This document shows positions 1 to 8,510 of a stretch of 64,000 nucleotides of DNA, one piece after another; position 1 is the stretch's first letter, and every line of letters starts with the position of its first letter. The notes beneath the pieces were generated by a model that ran no database searches, was not told the DNA's origin, and saw only the letters and a list, made by a program, of their open reading frames with translations. The DNA lies in IMG/VR virus record IMGVR_UViG_3300013426_000018, positions 96,001-160,000 of that record. One strand, given 5' to 3'. The stretch is from a virus. Its lineage: Duplodnaviria; Caudoviricetes. The position numbers and the translations under genes are program-made.

Positions 1-142
1 GCCGAACTAAGTTTAAGTCTTATTAGATTTAATAAATGCGTAGAGAGCATATACCGACCCCTAAGTCAGTAATGATATGGTGAAGACGTGCTCCGGACTA
101 CAACGATATTTGATATCGGCTATAGTGATATAGAGTAGTGTG
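1..142 (+). mobile_element. Group I intron (3' part, truncated by window start) inside a tRNA gene
   Basis: Core motifs GCCGAACTAAG...GTAGAGAGCATA...GAAGACGTGCTCCGG. Closely similar to the intron at 394-645. Ends in G142 directly before a tRNA 3' half. Confidence 0.8.
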
Positions 143-183
143 AAAACCTTAGGTTGTGGGATCGTACCCCACCTCCCCCGCCA
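143..183 (+). tRNA. tRNA 3' exon (Trp-like scaffold; anticodon N-N-A not fully visible)
   Basis: A-AA-ACCTT-AGGTT-GTGGG ATCGTAC CCCAC-CTCCCCC-G-CCA gives the anticodon 3' side, T arm, acceptor strand, G73 and CCA. The 5' exon lies outside the window. Confidence 0.75.
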
Positions 184-227
184 TTGGGTGTCTATTATGA
201 CACTTATGGCGTTCCGCAGGAACGCAA

Positions 228-333
228 TAGACGTTAACAGCAATTTTATAATATTAAAAAGAAAAGTTTTTCATATTTTTTATACACTCCTTTTCAACTG
301 TGCCTCTCGCAGGTAAATTCATTAAAGCGTCTA
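228..333 (+). ncRNA. ACAGCAA-motif stem RNA copy 1 (candidate Y-RNA-like)
   Basis: TAGACGTT(228-235) pairs with AGCGTCTA(326-333) and is followed by AACAGCAA. Same layout as copies 2 and 3. Confidence 0.55.
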
Positions 334-358
334 GTGATTTAAAATTGTAATTTAATAT

Positions 359-687
359 GGCCCATTATCCCAATCGGTAGAGGAAGAGGACTTTGATGTG
401 TTTCTTACTTTAAAGTAAGCTACTTTTTTAGTAGAGAGTGCCTAAGAGGAAACTCTTAGAGTAGAAGCTGGCTAAAACGGCGAAGGCAAACACAAAACGC
501 CGTGCTAAGTTTAAATCTTATTAGATTTAATAAATGTGTAGAGAGTATATACCAGCTACCTAAACCAGAAATGGCATGGTAAAGACGTATTCCGGACTAC
601 AACTTATTTTTATTAACAAGGCCATGGTAACATGGAGTAGTGTCGAAAATCCTTACAGTGTGGATTCGAATTCCACATGGGCTACCA
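359..687 (+). tRNA. tRNA-Leu(UAA), short variable arm, split by a group I intron (exons 359-393, 646-687)
   Basis: Acceptor GGCCCAT/ATGGGCT-A-CCA. Anticodon stem GAGGA/TCCTT with spliced loop CT-T|AA-AA. T arm GTGGA TTCGAAT TCCAC. Confidence 0.8.
394..645 (+). mobile_element. Group I intron in tRNA-Leu anticodon (after U34), no ORF
   Basis: U before and G at the end. Core motifs AAAACGGCGAA...GCCGTGCTAAG...GTAGAGAGTATA...AAGACGTATTCCGG. Confidence 0.8.
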
Positions 688-716
688 GGAATACCCCCTC
701 GATATGAGGGGATATT

Positions 717-810
717 CAAGACATATACAGCAACTCTTTAATGAATAACAAAAAATTCTGATAAAATTTTTTTAAGTGGGTTCAAATCCCGCAAACTTAA
801 ATGTGTCTTG
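717..810 (+). ncRNA. ACAGCAA-motif stem RNA copy 2 with tRNA-like anticodon and T arms
   Basis: CAAGACATAT(717-726) pairs with ATGTGTCTTG(801-810). ACAGCAA at 727-733. Internal hairpin AAAATT-CTGATAA-AATTTT and T arm GTGGG TTCAAAT CCCGC (776-792). Confidence 0.6.
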
Positions 811-839
811 TCTTAAATTTGTAGTTTTGTTACAAACAT

Positions 840-985
840 GCGAATGTAGCTCAGCGGCAGAGCATCGCCCTTTATCTGGTTCGATTAATGAAAGTCACTA
901 AACTTATTTTAGTTATGTTAGTTCAAGTCTAACACCAGATTCCATAAGGCGAGGGTCGAGGGATCAGCACCCTCCATTCGCACCA
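840..985 (+). tRNA. tRNA-Lys(UUU) interrupted in the anticodon by a 71-nt tRNA-like insert (exons 840-873, 945-985)
   Basis: GCGAATG/CATTCGC-A-CCA, D stem GCTC/GAGC, anticodon stem TCGCC/GGCGA. Removing 874-944 gives loop CT-TTT-AA. Confidence 0.75.
874..944 (+). ncRNA. Nested tRNA-like element with CCA end
   Basis: Acceptor ATCTGGT/ACCAGAT-T-CCA, D arm GATT/AGTC, stem CTAAA/TTTAG with non-canonical loop, T arm GTTAG TTCAAGT CTAAC. Confidence 0.75.
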
Positions 986-1006
986 GCTTCCTTTCATGGC
1001 AATCAA

Positions 1007-1086
1007 AAGACAGCTACAGCAAATTTTTTATGAAAAAGTTTTAATATAGAAGATATTTGGGGATTCCTTTCAATTTATACTGTCTT
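1007..1086 (+). ncRNA. ACAGCAA-motif stem RNA copy 3
   Basis: AAGACAG(1007-1013) pairs with CTGTCTT(1080-1086). CTACAGCAA follows the 5' strand. Confidence 0.5.
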
Positions 1087-1090
1087 GTTC

Positions 1091-1119
1091 TTGAAAAATA
1101 AAAAAATTTATGCTATAAT
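1091..1119 (+). promoter_or_regulatory. sigmaA-like promoter, extended -10
   Basis: TTGAAA-N17-TATAAT with TG extension. Member of a motif repeated across the window. Confidence 0.6.
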
Positions 1120-1507
1120 ATATATAGAAAAATTGAGAAATTATATTTCTCAAAAAGGTAAAGTAAATCTATATATATTATAGCATATTTTTTATTTTAG
1201 GAGTTGTTAAAAATGGTTTTTGGATTATTGTTTTTTCTCTGATTTTACCCTTTTTGTTTATTTTAAAACTATTTTTGATAAAATTAAATATAGAATCTTT
1301 AAGAAGATTACTTATTGGAAAGAGAAAAAGTATGAGCAGCAAAAAAAAAGCAATCCATTCTATCTGCTAAAACTGCTGAAATGATGCGAGTATGGTCTGA
1401 AGATATTGAATCTTATAAACTTGAAAGTATTAAAGAACTACAGTCTATAATTGATGAAAATAATAAAAAGATTAATGAGTATAAAAAACGTGTGGAGGAA
1501 TTAAAAA

Positions 1508-1750
1508 ATGAAACTTAAGAACTCTAAGGAGATTGCAGCTTTTGAAAAGGCAATTGCCTCTTGCTCTGGTGAAGTATGGCTTGAAACCCCAAATGGGGAT
1601 AAGCTAAACCTAAAATCCCTTTATTGTAAATATATTGCTATCGATAAGATGCTAGAAGATAAGGGAGATGATCTTGAACTCTTCTGTCAGTATAAAGAAG
1701 ATGAAAGACTGTTCTTTGATTTCTTTAGCAATTATCCAGACGCACTTTAA
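1508..1750 (+). CDS. Small protein, possibly HPr-like fold
   Basis: 80 aa with GGAGG RBS. Pattern F...I..C.GEVWL....GDKLNLKS resembles small HPr-fold Clostridia proteins. Confidence 0.45.
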   Translation: MKLKNSKEIAAFEKAIASCSGEVWLETPNGDKLNLKSLYCKYIAIDKMLEDKGDDLELFCQYKEDERLFFDFFSNYPDAL

Positions 1751-1805
1751 ATAAAAATATAAACCTACAGACTTGAAAAAGTCCAAGAGAAAAGGAGATA
1801 AAAAT

Positions 1806-3401
1806 ATGAACAATTTTATGAATGGTATGAAGCAGGCTACTAATTTTGGATATACCGCTAATGGCGGTCTTCAGCATAACCATCTTGCCGGTGCAGTATA
1901 TGAAATGTACGCTAAGTGCGGAGCTTATAGACAGCGTAGTGACGAAGATTGTATTTTTGCTTTCAAGCAGGCTTTTGATGAGGATGAGGAACTCGCCATG
2001 AAATGTCTGTTTTACCTTCGGGATGTATGTGAAGGGGCAGGGGAAAGACGCTTCTTTCGCGTATGCTATCATTGGTTGGCTACTAAGCATCCTGACGCAG
2101 CTCTCCGCAATCTAAAGTATATTCCTACCTATGGAAGATTCGATGATGTTTTTTCTGTCGTAGGCACTTCTCTAGAAGATAACGCTTTTGCCCTGATTAA
2201 GCATCAGTTGGCTATGGACGCAAAGGATGTTATGACTCCCAATGGGGCTATCTCTCTGTGCGCTAAGTGGGCTCCTAGTTGTAATACTAGCTCTCAGAAG
2301 ACTCGTGCGTTGGCTACTAAGCTGCGTAAGTATATGGGATTTAGCGAAAAACAGTATCGAAAGTTGCTAAGCACTTTGCGTAAGCGTATTAATGTTCTTG
2401 AGCGTCTTATGAGTGCTAATGAATGGGATAAGATCGATTTCTCAGCTATTCCTTCTCAGGCAGGTATTAAGTATCGCAAGGCATTTATCAGACACGATTT
2501 GGAACGTAAGAAGGCTGACCCCAAGGCAGTTACTTATGAAGAGTTCGTTAAGGACGATTCTACTAAAGTAAATGCTGGGGCAATGGCTCCTTACGAAGTT
2601 GTCCATAAGGCAGTTGATTATTTGCGTAAGAATTATACTTCTAAGTATGATTATAATACTAACACGCATACTTTTTATACTTCAAAGAGTATGGATGATA
2701 CTGAACGTCTTGCTATTAACAAGTATTGGGATAATTTGGCTGATTATTTCAAGGATGCTACTTTTAATGGCATTTGTGTTGTTGATACTTCTGGTTCTAT
2801 GACCTGTGGTCGTGGGGCTGCCACTCCTATTGATGTAGCTATCTCACTGGGTCTGTATTGTGCTGAACGCAATCATGGGCCTTTCGCTAATCACTATATC
2901 AGTTTTGCCTCTCGTCCTCAGATGATTGAGACTTCTGGCATTGATTTTGTTGATAAGGTTCTGCGTATTTACAAGACTAACCTTGTTGATAATACTAATC
3001 TTGAAGCTGTCTTTAATCTGATGCTACAAACTGCTATCGATAATAATTGTTCTCAGGACGAAATTCCTCAGACGGTTCTTGTTATTAGTGATATGCAAGT
3101 TGATTCAGCTGTAACTTTTGGTATGGGTTATGGCTGGGGTAGTTATGGTAATAAATCTGGTCAGATCCGCACTATGATGGAAAAGATGCGTGAACGATGG
3201 GCTGCTAGAGGATATCAGATGCCTAAAATCGTATATTGGAATGTTAATGCGAGCCAGGACACATTCCTTGACGATGGCCCTGATGTTACTTACGTTAGTG
3301 GAGCTTCCGCAACGGTCTTCAAGCAGGTTCTCACCGGGAAAAGTGGATATGATCTTATGATATCTACGCTGTCTAGTGACCGCTATAAGGATATCCATTA
3401 A
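1806..3401 (+). CDS. TROVE/Ro60-like protein with C-terminal vWA domain (DUF2828-type)
   Basis: RBS AAAGGAG before ATG 1806. Helical N-domain with LFYLRDV..GAGERRFF and AKWAPS. MIDAS motif VDTSGSM, VISDMQ, IVYWNV. No TAG codons. Confidence 0.8.
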   Translation: MNNFMNGMKQATNFGYTANGGLQHNHLAGAVYEMYAKCGAYRQRSDEDCIFAFKQAFDEDEELAMKCLFYLRDVCEGAGERRFFRVCYHWLATKHPDAALRNLKYIPTYGRFDDVFSVVGTSLEDNAFALIKHQLAMDAKDVMTPNGAISLCAKWAPSCNTSSQKTRALATKLRKYMGFSEKQYRKLLSTLRKRINVLERLMSANEWDKIDFSAIPSQAGIKYRKAFIRHDLERKKADPKAVTYEEFVKDDSTKVNAGAMAPYEVVHKAVDYLRKNYTSKYDYNTNTHTFYTSKSMDDTERLAINKYWDNLADYFKDATFNGICVVDTSGSMTCGRGAATPIDVAISLGLYCAERNHGPFANHYISFASRPQMIETSGIDFVDKVLRIYKTNLVDNTNLEAVFNLMLQTAIDNNCSQDEIPQTVLVISDMQVDSAVTFGMGYGWGSYGNKSGQIRTMMEKMRERWAARGYQMPKIVYWNVNASQDTFLDDGPDVTYVSGASATVFKQVLTGKSGYDLMISTLSSDRYKDIH

Positions 3402-3406
3402 TAACT

Positions 3407-3450
3407 TTTAGGAGAAGGCTTTTGCTTTCTCCTAAAATTTTTGGTATAAT
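3407..3450 (+). terminator. Intrinsic terminator overlapping the next sigmaA-like promoter
   Basis: TTTAGGAGAAGGC/GCTTTCTCCTAAA hairpin, then TTTTTGGTATAAT. Confidence 0.6.
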
Positions 3451-3761
3451 AACAAAAAGGGCAAGATAAATAAAATAGTGCCCTTTCTTTTTTATTTTTT
3501 ATAAAGAGAGAAAGGAGAATAATTGTATTCTATACTATTTTATTGCGGGAATGCTCTTTATTTATTTTGTAATTCCCCTCTCTGAAAATATTTTATCTTT
3601 TTTAGGGGCTTGGTTAAAATACCAAGAAACTAGATTTAGCACAGAAACTTATAAAATTAGCAAAAGAGCCTAGAAAGAAGTAGAAGAAAGCTCTTCTATT
3701 CACGCAATTGGCTTTACTTATACCGATGAAGAAGAAACTCCAGAAGAAGAGGATGAAGAAG

Positions 3762-5003
3762 ATGACTCATAAATTTTATGATACTTGTAGTTTGTTATTA
3801 AAAGCTGGGCACGTTTTTGATGAAGAAGATACTACTTTAGTAATTTCTTCTATTACTTTAGAAGAACTCGAGAATATTAAAACATCCAGTAGAAAAGATA
3901 ATAATGTTAAATTTGCGGCCCGCAAATTAACACATGAATTAGATGAACATTTTGGTGAATTTGAAACTATTATTTATGTTCCTTCTCTTTTGGAAGAACC
4001 TAATTTTGATTAGTATGAACCTACTAATGATTTAAAAATTATTGCTTGTGCCAATGTAGCAAATGAGCTATGGGAAGATTTAATTTTTATAACTAATGAT
4101 TTATGCTGTAAAAATTTAGCTTTAATGCTTCTAAAGTGCCCAATAGAGAAATATGTACTAGACGCGCCAGATTATACTGGTTATAAAGTAGTATCTTTAA
4201 CAGAAGAACAATTATTAGAATTTTATGAGAATACTACAAAAAATTTCTATAATTTATATATTGGTCAATATTTAATTCTAAAAGATTTGGATGGTAATAC
4301 TTTGGATGTCCGATGTTGGACCGGAGAAAATCATCGTTATATAAATACTAAACCAATAGATTCAAAATGGTTTGGTAAAATTTCCCCTTATAATGGAGAT
4401 ATTCTTTAGAAATTAGCTATTGATAGCCTTTATAATAATCAATTAACTGTTTTACGAGGCCCCGCAGGCACAGGAAAGTCAATGCTTGGATTATCTTTTT
4501 TATTCTCTCAGTTGGAACGTCATATAATTGATAGAATTTATATTTTTTGTAATCCAGTAGCAACTAAAGATGCGGCCAAACTTGGATTTTATCCAGGAGA
4601 TAAGAATATGAAACTATTAGATTCTCAAGTAGGTAACTTTTTAGTTGGTAAGCTTGGTGATTATACTGCGGTAGAAAGACTTGTTACCGATGGGTAGATT
4701 GTTTTAATTCCTGCAGCCGATTGCCGAGGAATGGATATAACTAATAATAGTGGAGTTTATATTACAGAAGCTTAGAACTCTACTATTGATATGATGAAAT
4801 TAATGGTTTAGCGTATTGGCGAAAATACTAAATGTGTAATTGAGGGCGATGATAAAACTTAGGTAGATTTAATTTCTTATGAAGGAACTAATAATGGTCT
4901 ATCAAGATTATCAGAAGTTTTTAAGGGACAACCTTATTATGGAGAAATAACTCTATCTAATTGTTATCGTTCTAAATTAGCTAAACAAGCTGAATTAATG
5001 TAA
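3762..5003 (+). CDS. phoH: PIN-domain PhoH-like ATPase (TAG=Gln readthrough)
   Basis: Track ORFs 3708, 4125 and 4482 are one frame joined by TAGs. PIN YDTCSL, Walker A GPAGTGKS, LGFYPG, ITEA*N (cf. DEAQN), GDDKT*VD. Ends TAA. Confidence 0.85.
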
Positions 5004-5056
5004 AAGGAGTAGTATTTTTACTACTCCTTTTTTAAAATATGTAAGGAGTACTTATA

Positions 5057-5840
5057 ATGGAAAAAGAATGGTGTGTTTATGTTCATATCTCTCCAAGTAA
5101 TAAATATTATGTTGGAATTACATGCTAGAAGCCAGAGCTTCGTTGGAGAAAAAATGGAACTGGATATTTTTATTAGGAAAATGAACATTTTGAAAGAGCA
5201 ATTACAAAATACGGATGGGATAATTTTTAGCATGAAATCATAGCAAGTCATTTAACTGAAGTTGAAGCTAAAAATTTTGAAAAACTATTGATAAAAAATT
5301 GAAATCAAATAATCCAAATTATGGATATAATAAAACTGCTGGGGAGATGGCTTCCTAGGAGTTCAACGTTTTGGTGAATCTAATTCTTTCTATGGAAAAC
5401 ACCATTCTGAAGCAACTAAAAAAATTATATCAGAAACTCTTGGAAAACTAGTGTGTCAATTTGATTTAAATTATAACTTTATTAAGAAATTTAATAGTAT
5501 AGCAGAAGCTTCTCGACAAACGAATATCCCAGCATCAGATATTTCATTTGTAATATCTGGGAGAAACAAAACCTCCCATGGATTCATTTGGATTACTCAA
5601 GAGGCAATTGATAATTTATCTTTAGAATAGATTATTGAAGAAAGAAAGAAAAAATTTCCTGAAAAAGTTAAAAAGCAAGTATATTAGTTTGATTTAAATA
5701 AAAATTTAATTAAAGTTTATGACAGTAGAGTTGATGCTGGAAAAGCTATAGGTGTTACTCCACAAGCAATAGGAAGTGCTTGCCAAAGCAAAAGTCATTA
5801 GTCCAAAGGATTTTTATGGTCATTTGAAAAGGAGATTTAA
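5057..5840 (+). pseudogene. Free-standing GIY-YIG/NUMOD homing endonuclease with two apparent 1-nt deletions
   Basis: WCVYVHISPSNKYYVGIT, FYGKHHSEAT (NUMOD3), V.QFDL repeats. Frame breaks in A-run ~5293 and G-run ~5341 (decay or sequencing error). Confidence 0.65.
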
Positions 5841-5842
5841 AA

Positions 5843-7213
5843 ATGTCAGATATTGAAAATGAAGTATATAATTTTTTAAAAAATAAAAATTTTACATTAT
5901 CTGGTATCGCTGGGATTTTAGGTAATGCTAATGCTGAAAGTAACGTAAAATCAACTTGTTTAGAAGATATTGGAAAACAATAGCTAAAAATGACTGATTA
6001 GGAATATGCTTTTAAAGTTGATAATGGAACATATACTAATTTTATTTATGATGGATATGGATGGGGGATCTTCTAGTGGACTTGGTACGCGCGTAAAAAA
6101 GCATTGCTCAATTTTTGTAAACAAAAAAATAAGTCAATTGGAGACTTATCCACACAATTAGAATTTTTTGTGAAAGAGCTATAGTAGAGCTTCTCCAGTG
6201 TGTATAAAACATTAATCACATCCAATGATGTAAAAGAATGCTCTGACGCAATGCTTTTTAAATTTGAAGCACCTGCGGCCGCAAATTCCAAAAGCCAGCA
6301 AAGATATAATATGTCAATGGTTTATTATAATAGATTCACGAAAGGAGAGAAAACTATGGGAACAAATACTTATCCAAAAGGCATAAAAAAATAGTTGAGC
6401 AAATATTTTAACTCAACTGAATTTGATTGTCATGGTTCAGGTTGTTGTTCAATGACTTTAATTAATTCAAAATTAGTAGAATATCTAGATAAAATAAGGG
6501 AACATTTTAATGCTCCTGTTACTATTTCTAGTGGATATAGATGTGCTATTCATAATAAAAATGTAGGTGGAGCTACCGGGTCACGCCATAATAAGGGTGA
6601 CGCTGCTGACATTGTTGTAAAAGGACATAGCCCACGAGAAGTAGCACAATATGCAGAAAGTATTGGAATTAAAGGCATTGGCCTATATGAAACCGCAAAA
6701 GACGGCTATTTTGTCCATATTGATACCCGTAACTATAAATCTTTCTGGTATGGACAAGCTCAAGTTGCTAAAACTACTTTTGGCTCTAGCTCTAGCTCTT
6801 CTACAGGAATATCTACTACTAAAAGTTACTTATCAATAGGAGATACCGGGAGCCGAGTTAAAAGCTTATAGCAATCTTTAATTAAATTAGGTTATTTAGC
6901 TTCTGGAGAAGATGATGGCATTTATGGAAATAATACTGCTAATGCAGTTAAAACATTCCAAAAGAAGCAGAATCTTGTGGCAGATGGCTATGCTGGGCAA
7001 AATACCTTAAATGCTATTGCTAAGTTAGATAAAACCTCTGGGGCAAAAGCTGTTACAGTAACCGCAAATGTTTTAAATGTACGGACTGGCCCAGGAGCTC
7101 AATACCCAATTATAGACAGAATATCTAAAGGAGCCTCGTATTAGTTATTGGAAGAACAAAATGGATGGGGCCGGATTCCTAAGGGTTGGGTGAGCATGGA
7201 ATATGTCTCTTAA
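5843..7213 (+). CDS. Multidomain endolysin: phage tail lysozyme + M15 peptidase + PG-binding + SH3
   Basis: One frame through several TAGs, 456 aa. AGILGNANAES...GWGIF*WT; SGYRC..HN..VGG...S.H..G.AAD, FVHID; DGIYG..T..AVK.FQ; LNVRTGPG...GWV. Confidence 0.85.
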
Positions 7214-7505
7214 AAGGAAAAAGAAAAAGAAAAATGAATTTTCCAAAAGTCTTTTAATTTAGGAAAGTATTCTAGTTTGGATAGTTACAATTAGTTGTTT
7301 ATCTTTTTGTTATATGTGTATAAGTCGAGGGAGCTTTATTGAATTGCCTTGGCTTTCCGTATTAATAGGTTCTGTTTGGGGTGCATATGGAGTATCTCAA
7401 GCATTCTATTATAAAAAGAGTGAAAAAGAAAATACTAAAGATGGTATTACTTATTTAAAAGCTCAAAAAGCTTTTCTCGCAGAAGATGAATCTGCTGTTG
7501 GATAA
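7203..7505 (+). CDS. Probable holin / two-TM membrane protein
   Basis: Basic N-terminus, one TAG, two hydrophobic stretches. Overlaps the endolysin stop. Confidence 0.55.
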
Positions 7506-7507
7506 TT

Positions 7508-7546
7508 AATTTCCCTGATTATTTTTATTAATCAGGGAAATTTTTG
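7508..7546 (+). terminator. Intrinsic terminator
   Basis: AATTTCCCTGATTA/TAATCAGGGAAATT followed by a T-run. Confidence 0.65.
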
Positions 7547-7709
7547 TTTTTTATTAAAAATTATTATATAATATAACTATAAAGGAAAATTATATTCTAA
7601 TGACTACAAATAGATTATACCTTAAAATTTTTGGAAAGTCAAGAAATTTGAAATTAAAGAAAAATTTTGGTATAATATTAAAGAGTGAAAAAAAGGAGAT
7701 TTCAGTGTA

Positions 7710-8510
7710 TTGGGAAAATTTATAGATTTAACAGGTAAATAGTTTGGAAAATTAACTGTCATTGAACGAGATTATAACTATGCTAGTGAGCATAATTTAA
7801 AAAGTAATGGAGTCTTTTGGAAGTGCCAATGCATTTGTGGCGGTAAAAAAAAGACTTCTGCTAAATCTTTAAAAAGTGAAACAAAAATTTCTTGCGGTTG
7901 TGTTCCAAAAACAATGATAACTGAACTAGGGAAAAATGCACTCAAAGATTTAACTGGGAAAAAATTTGGTAAGTTAACAGTTGTAAATCGTAATCTATCA
8001 TATGCGGTTGAAAATAATATTGTTAGTAAACATACTTATTGGAATTGTGTTTGTGATTGCGGTGGAAAAATTACTGTTTTAGGAGCATCGTTAAAACAAG
8101 GATTAACTACATCTTGCGGATGCATATCTTCTTTGGGTGAGGAAAAAATAAGAAATATTTTAATAAATAATAATATTAATTTTGAAGCATAGAAAACTTT
8201 CCCAGATCTTCGGGCTAATAACATCTGGTTTTATCGTTATGATTTTTATTTGCCCGACTATAATCGACTTATTGAATTTGATGGAGAACAACACTATTCT
8301 TACTCTGGTAAAGGATGGAATACTGAAGAATATTTTAAAAAAGTTCAATATTCTGATTAGATAAAAAATGAATATGCTTTATCTAATCATATAGATTTAA
8401 TTCGTATACCATACTGGGAACGAAATAATATTACTTTAACGATGTTATTAGAAAATAAATATTTAATCAAAGAGGTTAATAATGAAGAGTAGTCAGAATT
8501 TATATACTAA
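7710..8510 (+). CDS. Free-standing endonuclease (DLTG.KFG.L/WxCxCxCG repeats + PD-(D/E)XK Vsr-like domain)
   Basis: Two DLTGK.FGKLTV...W.C.C.CG...SCGC repeats. C-terminal RYDFY...LIEFDGEQH...LIRIPYW after TAG readthrough. Confidence 0.7.

Noticed and set aside
897-913. Inner element as an ochre (UUA) suppressor
   Set aside because: The loop lacks U33 and purine 37, and TAA is the main stop codon in this genome.
840-985. Reading this tRNA as Met/Ile(CAU) using CT+CATAA
   Set aside because: That boundary would cut the inner element's CCA. Exact removal of the inner cloverleaf gives UUU and the body matches Lys features.
228-1086. CRISPR mini-array
   Set aside because: Only ~11 nt are shared between copies, the ends pair with each other, spacing is irregular and no cas genes are present.
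5285-5350. Programmed frameshifts in the GIY-YIG gene (also ~1216 and ~22250)
   Set aside because: These are single-base losses in or near homopolymer runs, more simply explained by sequencing error or decay.
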